Of a stretch of 64,000 bases of DNA, positions 60,901-64,000 are shown piece by piece. This DNA comes from Bacteroidales bacterium (lineage in GTDB: Bacteria; Bacteroidota; Bacteroidia; Bacteroidales; GCA-2748055), in assembly GCA_021740585.1 (NCBI GenBank), contig JAIOZM010000010.1, positions 54 to 64,053 on the forward strand. The letters run 5' to 3'. Both the position numbers and the translations under genes were made by a program. Under the pieces are notes generated by a model. It worked only from the letters and a program-made list of their open reading frames with translations, had not been told where the DNA came from and ran no database searches. The stretch's first letter is position 1; every line of letters begins with the position of its first letter.

Positions 60901-61953
60901 TTATAATTCCCCTTTTACGGAGAGAGTTTCATATTTTTTAAGATCGCAAATAATATCGTAAGAATACCTTACGAACATAATTCCCTTTTTGTAATCGGCG
61001 AGAGGTTTTACATCCATTCCCATAGCAAGCATTACCAAAGCTTCGGGAATGTTTTGTCCGGCTCCTACTGCCAGGTAAACCCAGGCAGGAATACGGGGAT
61101 TTATTTCAATAATATAATATTCGTTGGAGTTGGTGCGGATAAGCTCCAGCTCCATTCCACCGCGCCATTTCGTCTGACTAATAATTTTGTTGGTAATTTC
61201 TATTAGTTTAGGATCGTCGATGGTAATTCCGCCCCAGGCCTTTCCTTTGTCGGTGATGTATTGTTTTCTCATAGCGACAGCGCCGATGGTATTACCGTTT
61301 CCATCGCCCAGAGCCACCACATTTACCTCGGTACCCTTTACGAATTCCTGCAAAATGACGGGCAGTCCCCACTTAGCCGAGATTTTATTGAAGTTGCTAC
61401 GAATTTGTTCCTCACTATAGGCTACATAGGCATCATAAAATTTCCCCTTTACCATTAAAGGATAGTCGAAGGGTTTTTCCTTATCGAACTTCACAATATC
61501 GTTATGAGAAACAATATCGATGCTTTCCGGAACACCAACGCCGTATTTTTTACCGTACTCAGGCAGGTTTGATTTATTCCTGTCTTCATACTGTTCCAGA
61601 GTAGGCAGGAAAGTTTGAATTCCTATAGCTTTGAGTTTTTCAGAAGCCTTCATAAAGGTGAAGAGTTCGGCATCGAAATTAGGAATTATAAGATCGAATT
61701 TTTCTGTGGCATGAATGTATTCTATCCTCTCCAGAAAAACATCAGTTCCTTCAGAGGGATAAGGAATCATATAGGTTTTATCCAGAAGACCCTCCATATA
61801 TATGCCGGGTTCCAGATTTTCGTATGCCAATCCGATAATACGGGCATTAAATACCGTAGAATCTTTAATACCTCTGATAACCGGAACACCCGGTCCCGGG
61901 TTATCGGTATTATTCAGACCGGTAATTCCTATGGTTATGTCTATTTTATTCAT
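60901..61953 (-). CDS. ATP-grasp domain carboxylate-amine ligase
   Basis: PLMVKGKFYDAY (ATP Lys region), LQEFVKGTEVNV (hinge) and MELELIRTNSNEYYIIEINPRIPAW (E-x-N Mg site). 350 aa. Confidence 0.8.
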   Translation of the reverse strand: MNKIDITIGITGLNNTDNPGPGVPVIRGIKDSTVFNARIIGLAYENLEPGIYMEGLLDKTYMIPYPSEGTDVFLERIEYIHATEKFDLIIPNFDAELFTFMKASEKLKAIGIQTFLPTLEQYEDRNKSNLPEYGKKYGVGVPESIDIVSHNDIVKFDKEKPFDYPLMVKGKFYDAYVAYSEEQIRSNFNKISAKWGLPVILQEFVKGTEVNVVALGDGNGNTIGAVAMRKQYITDKGKAWGGITIDDPKLIEITNKIISQTKWRGGMELELIRTNSNEYYIIEINPRIPAWVYLAVGAGQNIPEALVMLAMGMDVKPLADYKKGIMFVRYSYDIICDLKKYETLSVKGEL

Positions 61954-62025
61954 CTGAAAGTAATTGATTTATTTTGCCAGATAGGAAGATCCTAATTGGC
62001 TTATTTGTTAGCTTAGATATCATTC

Positions 62026-62277
62026 TTAGGATCTTTCATTTTCAAGAAGATGATATTGATTTAGCATAGAAGTAAAATCGAAATAATAACGTTCAAAATT
62101 CGAAGCGTCGATGTCGTATTTTTCTATTACAATTTCCTTGATTTCATCAAGAGATTTTTCACTTCGGAGGTAGTTGAATATTTCCAATCCCACAGGATTA
62201 AAAGTAAAGGATTCTCCGGTTGAGGGATCGAAGAGAAATCCCGACTCGCTGATGGCAATATTTCTTTTTATTTTCAT
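62026..62277 (-). CDS. PqqD-family small peptide-binding protein (RRE-like)
   Basis: 83 aa. SGFLFDPSTGESFTFNPVGLEIFNYLRSEKSLDEIKEIVIEKYDID...FERYYFDFTSMLNQYHLL fits the PqqD pattern of a beta-hairpin followed by a winged-helix. First gene of the operon. Confidence 0.65.
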   Translation of the reverse strand: MKIKRNIAISESGFLFDPSTGESFTFNPVGLEIFNYLRSEKSLDEIKEIVIEKYDIDASNFERYYFDFTSMLNQYHLLENERS

Positions 62278-62427
62278 TTTGAATGAATTTTGTGCTTTTT
62301 CAGATTACAAAGATGAGACCAATAAAACAATAGTTTTTCATAAAATTAGGGAAAAGATTTATATAATTCGGAATATAGACTCAGGTATTCCGTGTATGAA
62401 ACCAGGTATTATATAACTAAACCTTGA

Positions 62428-62498
62428 TGCGCTGAGTGCCTTCGCCAAAGGCTTCGGGCCGCCGGCGAAAGCTTTGTGGAGGAAAGGCTTGAGGAGGG
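62428..62498. other. GC-rich island with three AAAG(G)CTT-centred repeats and a small hairpin inside an AT-rich 755-bp non-coding region
   Basis: GCGCTGAGTGCCTTCGCCAAAGGCTTCGGGCCGCCGGCGAAAGCTTTGTGGAGGAAAGGCTTGAGGAGGG. The hairpin GCCTT-CGCCA-AAGGC is at 62438-62452. Function unknown. Confidence 0.4.
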
Positions 62499-62968
62499 AA
62501 TAATCTTCATTGATTTTTAAATAATTTCAGACAAAAACATATTAAAAACAATTTATTCTGGCTCTCCAGCCTGTATGGCTCATACATTTTTTATTCAGAG
62601 TATCATGTGGCACACATTCCTTGCCTGTCGGCATGCGGGTTCATAGACACCCAATAAAAATGTTTCAGTTACTCAACTTTTAAATCCAAATAGTAGATAG
62701 AATCACTTTTTTTATCGTTTTCAATATGCGCAAGCCCGAGCGATTATGCAATTATGCCGAAACCTCAAAAGCCCTTTCTATAAATACCAGTTATTCCAAA
62801 TTCCCCTCTCCCTCCTCGTAATTTAAAAAACCCTCCTCAGAAAGTCAATACAAAAGCCTAAATTAAAATCATTATAAATTACCGGTTGTTAGTCAAATAC
62901 TTCGTGAAAACAGTGTACAAATTTCTTCTGAAAAATATTAATAGGAAAAAACCAAAATGTATCACCCG

Positions 62969-63014
62969 AGTCTTCTTCTGCAATTATCCGGAAGGCGGAA
63001 AAGCAGAGGAGACT
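62969..63014 (+). promoter_or_regulatory. imperfect long hairpin in the leader of the LuxR-solo gene
   Basis: AGTCTTCTT(C)TGC pairs with GCAGAGGAGACT: 12 bp, two G-U pairs, one bulged C, around a 21-nt apical region containing CCGGAAGGCGG. It ends 19 nt before the ATG at 63033. Confidence 0.3.
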
Positions 63015-63032
63015 TTACTTAAAATCTGAATT

Positions 63033-63254
63033 ATGGAGTATAACACACATTTAAACGAACCCATACAGCTAAGTCCGCGCGAAAAGCAGGTGCTGGAGCT
63101 TCTTGCGAGGGGATTAAGCTGTGAAGAAATTGGTTGCCAGCTGTGCATTTCTGCACACACTGTAATATTTCATCGAAATGGTTTAAAGCAAAGACTTAGA
63201 GCCAAAAACAGCTGTGAATTGATTTATTATGGCTGTAAACTAAAAATAATATGA
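63033..63254 (+). CDS. LuxR/GerE-type HTH protein, DNA-binding domain only (LuxR solo)
   Basis: LSPREKQVLELLARGLSCEEIGCQLCISAHTVIFHRNGLKQRL. 73 aa with no receiver or ligand-binding domain. Confidence 0.85.
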   Translation: MEYNTHLNEPIQLSPREKQVLELLARGLSCEEIGCQLCISAHTVIFHRNGLKQRLRAKNSCELIYYGCKLKII

Positions 63255-63256
63255 AA

Positions 63257-63276
63257 AACTCCCTAAAAAGGGAGTT
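63257..63276 (+). terminator. 8-bp stem hairpin just after the LuxR stop
   Basis: AACTCCCT-AAAA-AGGGAGTT begins 3 nt after the TGA. No U-tract follows, so function is uncertain. Confidence 0.4.
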
Positions 63277-63464
63277 GACAGCAATACTATTTAGTTTTAA
63301 ATTGCCTTCATGATAAATCAAAGCATTTACCCTGTTTAAAATGAATAGAATTTATGGTAAAAAGAAAGGTTAAGGTTTTTACATTCTCATCTAAGAACTA
63401 AAAAACCAAATCGTTTTTTAAAATCAATGCGTCAAAACAAACAAACTATATAAAAACGAAATTT

Positions 63465-64000
63465 ATGAAACAATTAATTTATATTTTAATGCTTGCAGCA
63501 TTTACATTTATGGCAAATGCGCAAATTAAAGTTGCTTCCAATAACAGTATTGGGATAGGTACTGAAAATCCGATAAGCAAACTTAGTGTTGGGTCAGATG
63601 GAGATACTTATAACAAAGTCTATATCAGGAATGATAATACAGCCGCAAATCAAAAAGGAATGACAGTAGTTCAAGCACCGTCAATTTCAGGAAATCAAAG
63701 AGGTATACTTACCGCTATTTCGCAAGGCTCAGGTGGCGCCAAATTATTTGGAATATATTCTTCTTCAATTAGATCAACACCTGAAAGCAATGGTAGAACC
63801 TATGGAATTTGGGGAGCAGGAGGGAATGCTACAACAGGCTATAATCATGGAGTGTATGGAGAACTGTCCGGATCAAATTATGGTGCTGCTATTTTCGGAG
63901 CAACCCCAGGTAAGGGCGAAACTTATATAAATAATATATATGCGGGGTACTTTAGGGGTAAGGTATTTATTGAGGATAGAGTGGGCATTATGACCACAAC
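63465..64000 (+). CDS. secreted Gly-rich repeat protein, N-terminal part; open to the right edge
   Basis: ATG at 63465, absent from the track because no stop lies in the window. My translation is MKQLIYILMLAAFTFMANAQ (signal) IKVASNNSIGIGTENPISKLSVGSDGD...GIWGAGGNATTGYNHGVYGELSGSNYGAAIFGA.... The IGIGT.NP..KL.V motif recurs in tail-fibre-like surface proteins. Confidence 0.6.
   Translation, partial: MKQLIYILMLAAFTFMANAQIKVASNNSIGIGTENPISKLSVGSDGDTYNKVYIRNDNTAANQKGMTVVQAPSISGNQRGILTAISQGSGGAKLFGIYSSSIRSTPESNGRTYGIWGAGGNATTGYNHGVYGELSGSNYGAAIFGATPGKGETYINNIYAGYFRGKVFIEDRVGIMTT

Noticed and set aside
62478-62495. RNase P RNA-like GGAGGAAAGGCTTG
   Set aside because: It resembles GAGGAAAGUCC only partially. 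No other RNase P conserved regions (e.g. ACAGAAA...GGCUUA) lie nearby.
62409-62634. Mini-ORFs of 33 and 30 aa as confirmed RiPP precursor genes
   Set aside because: They have no recognisable leader/core organisation or promoter, and conservation is unknown. One lies inside the GC-rich repeat island and may simply be a by-product of it. I keep them only as candidates within the spacer finding.
62985-63010. SRP (4.5S) RNA-like motif TCCGGAAGG...AAGCAG
   Set aside because: Only the GGAA-loop side resembles SRP domain IV. The conserved 5' strand (AGGUCAGGUCC-like) and the closing helices are absent. It is better explained as the apex of the LuxR leader hairpin.
63733-63930. 65-aa track ORF
   Set aside because: It is out of frame inside the longer open frame starting at 63465, which has a clear signal peptide.
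1-64000. Search by eye for rRNA, tRNA (GGTTCGAATCC-type T-arms), tmRNA, transposase, integrase or phage genes, toxin-antitoxin pairs and known defence-system genes
   Set aside because: None was recognised. The window looks like core chromosome apart from the loci listed in the findings. A proper tRNAscan, Infernal or defence-finder run could still reveal elements I cannot see unaided.

Overview
This is 64 kb of a low-GC, gene-dense chromosome segment that looks like Bacteroidota. The signs are TAnnTTTG-type promoter boxes, many lipoprotein and outer-membrane (OM) barrel genes, flippase-dut-TPR-lipoprotein-M23 synteny, frequent TTG/GTG starts and overlapping stop/start junctions. I call 58 CDS (57 genes if the split kinase counts as one). 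All product calls rest on motifs I can read in the supplied translations; no database search was possible. Most of the window is housekeeping: polA, uvrC, ruvB, mnmG, ybeY, dut, pheS, nadA, rpiB, hemW, queD, selU, pepE, adenine deaminase, polyprenyl synthase, plus sensor kinases and small regulators. I found no rRNA, tRNA, CRISPR array, transposase, integrase or phage genes. The best candidate for an undescribed system is a six-gene minus-strand operon at 55416-62277. It encodes a PqqD-like peptide chaperone, an ATP-grasp ligase, a fold-type III PLP decarboxylase, a urea-transporter-like channel fused to an M23 metallopeptidase, an OM beta-barrel protein and a secreted TPR protein. Upstream lies an unusually long 755-bp non-coding region, then a divergent LuxR-solo gene. 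Other points worth a second look: a hybrid sensor kinase split by one in-frame TAA; a compound perfect palindrome between mnmG and the adenine deaminase gene; a 24-bp tandem repeat array between crp and ruvB; a TetR/LolA-like/FtsX/ABC/OM-barrel cluster; an orphan GG-terminated MoaD/ThiS-like protein; and a 479-bp extremely AT-rich nadA/rpiB spacer.
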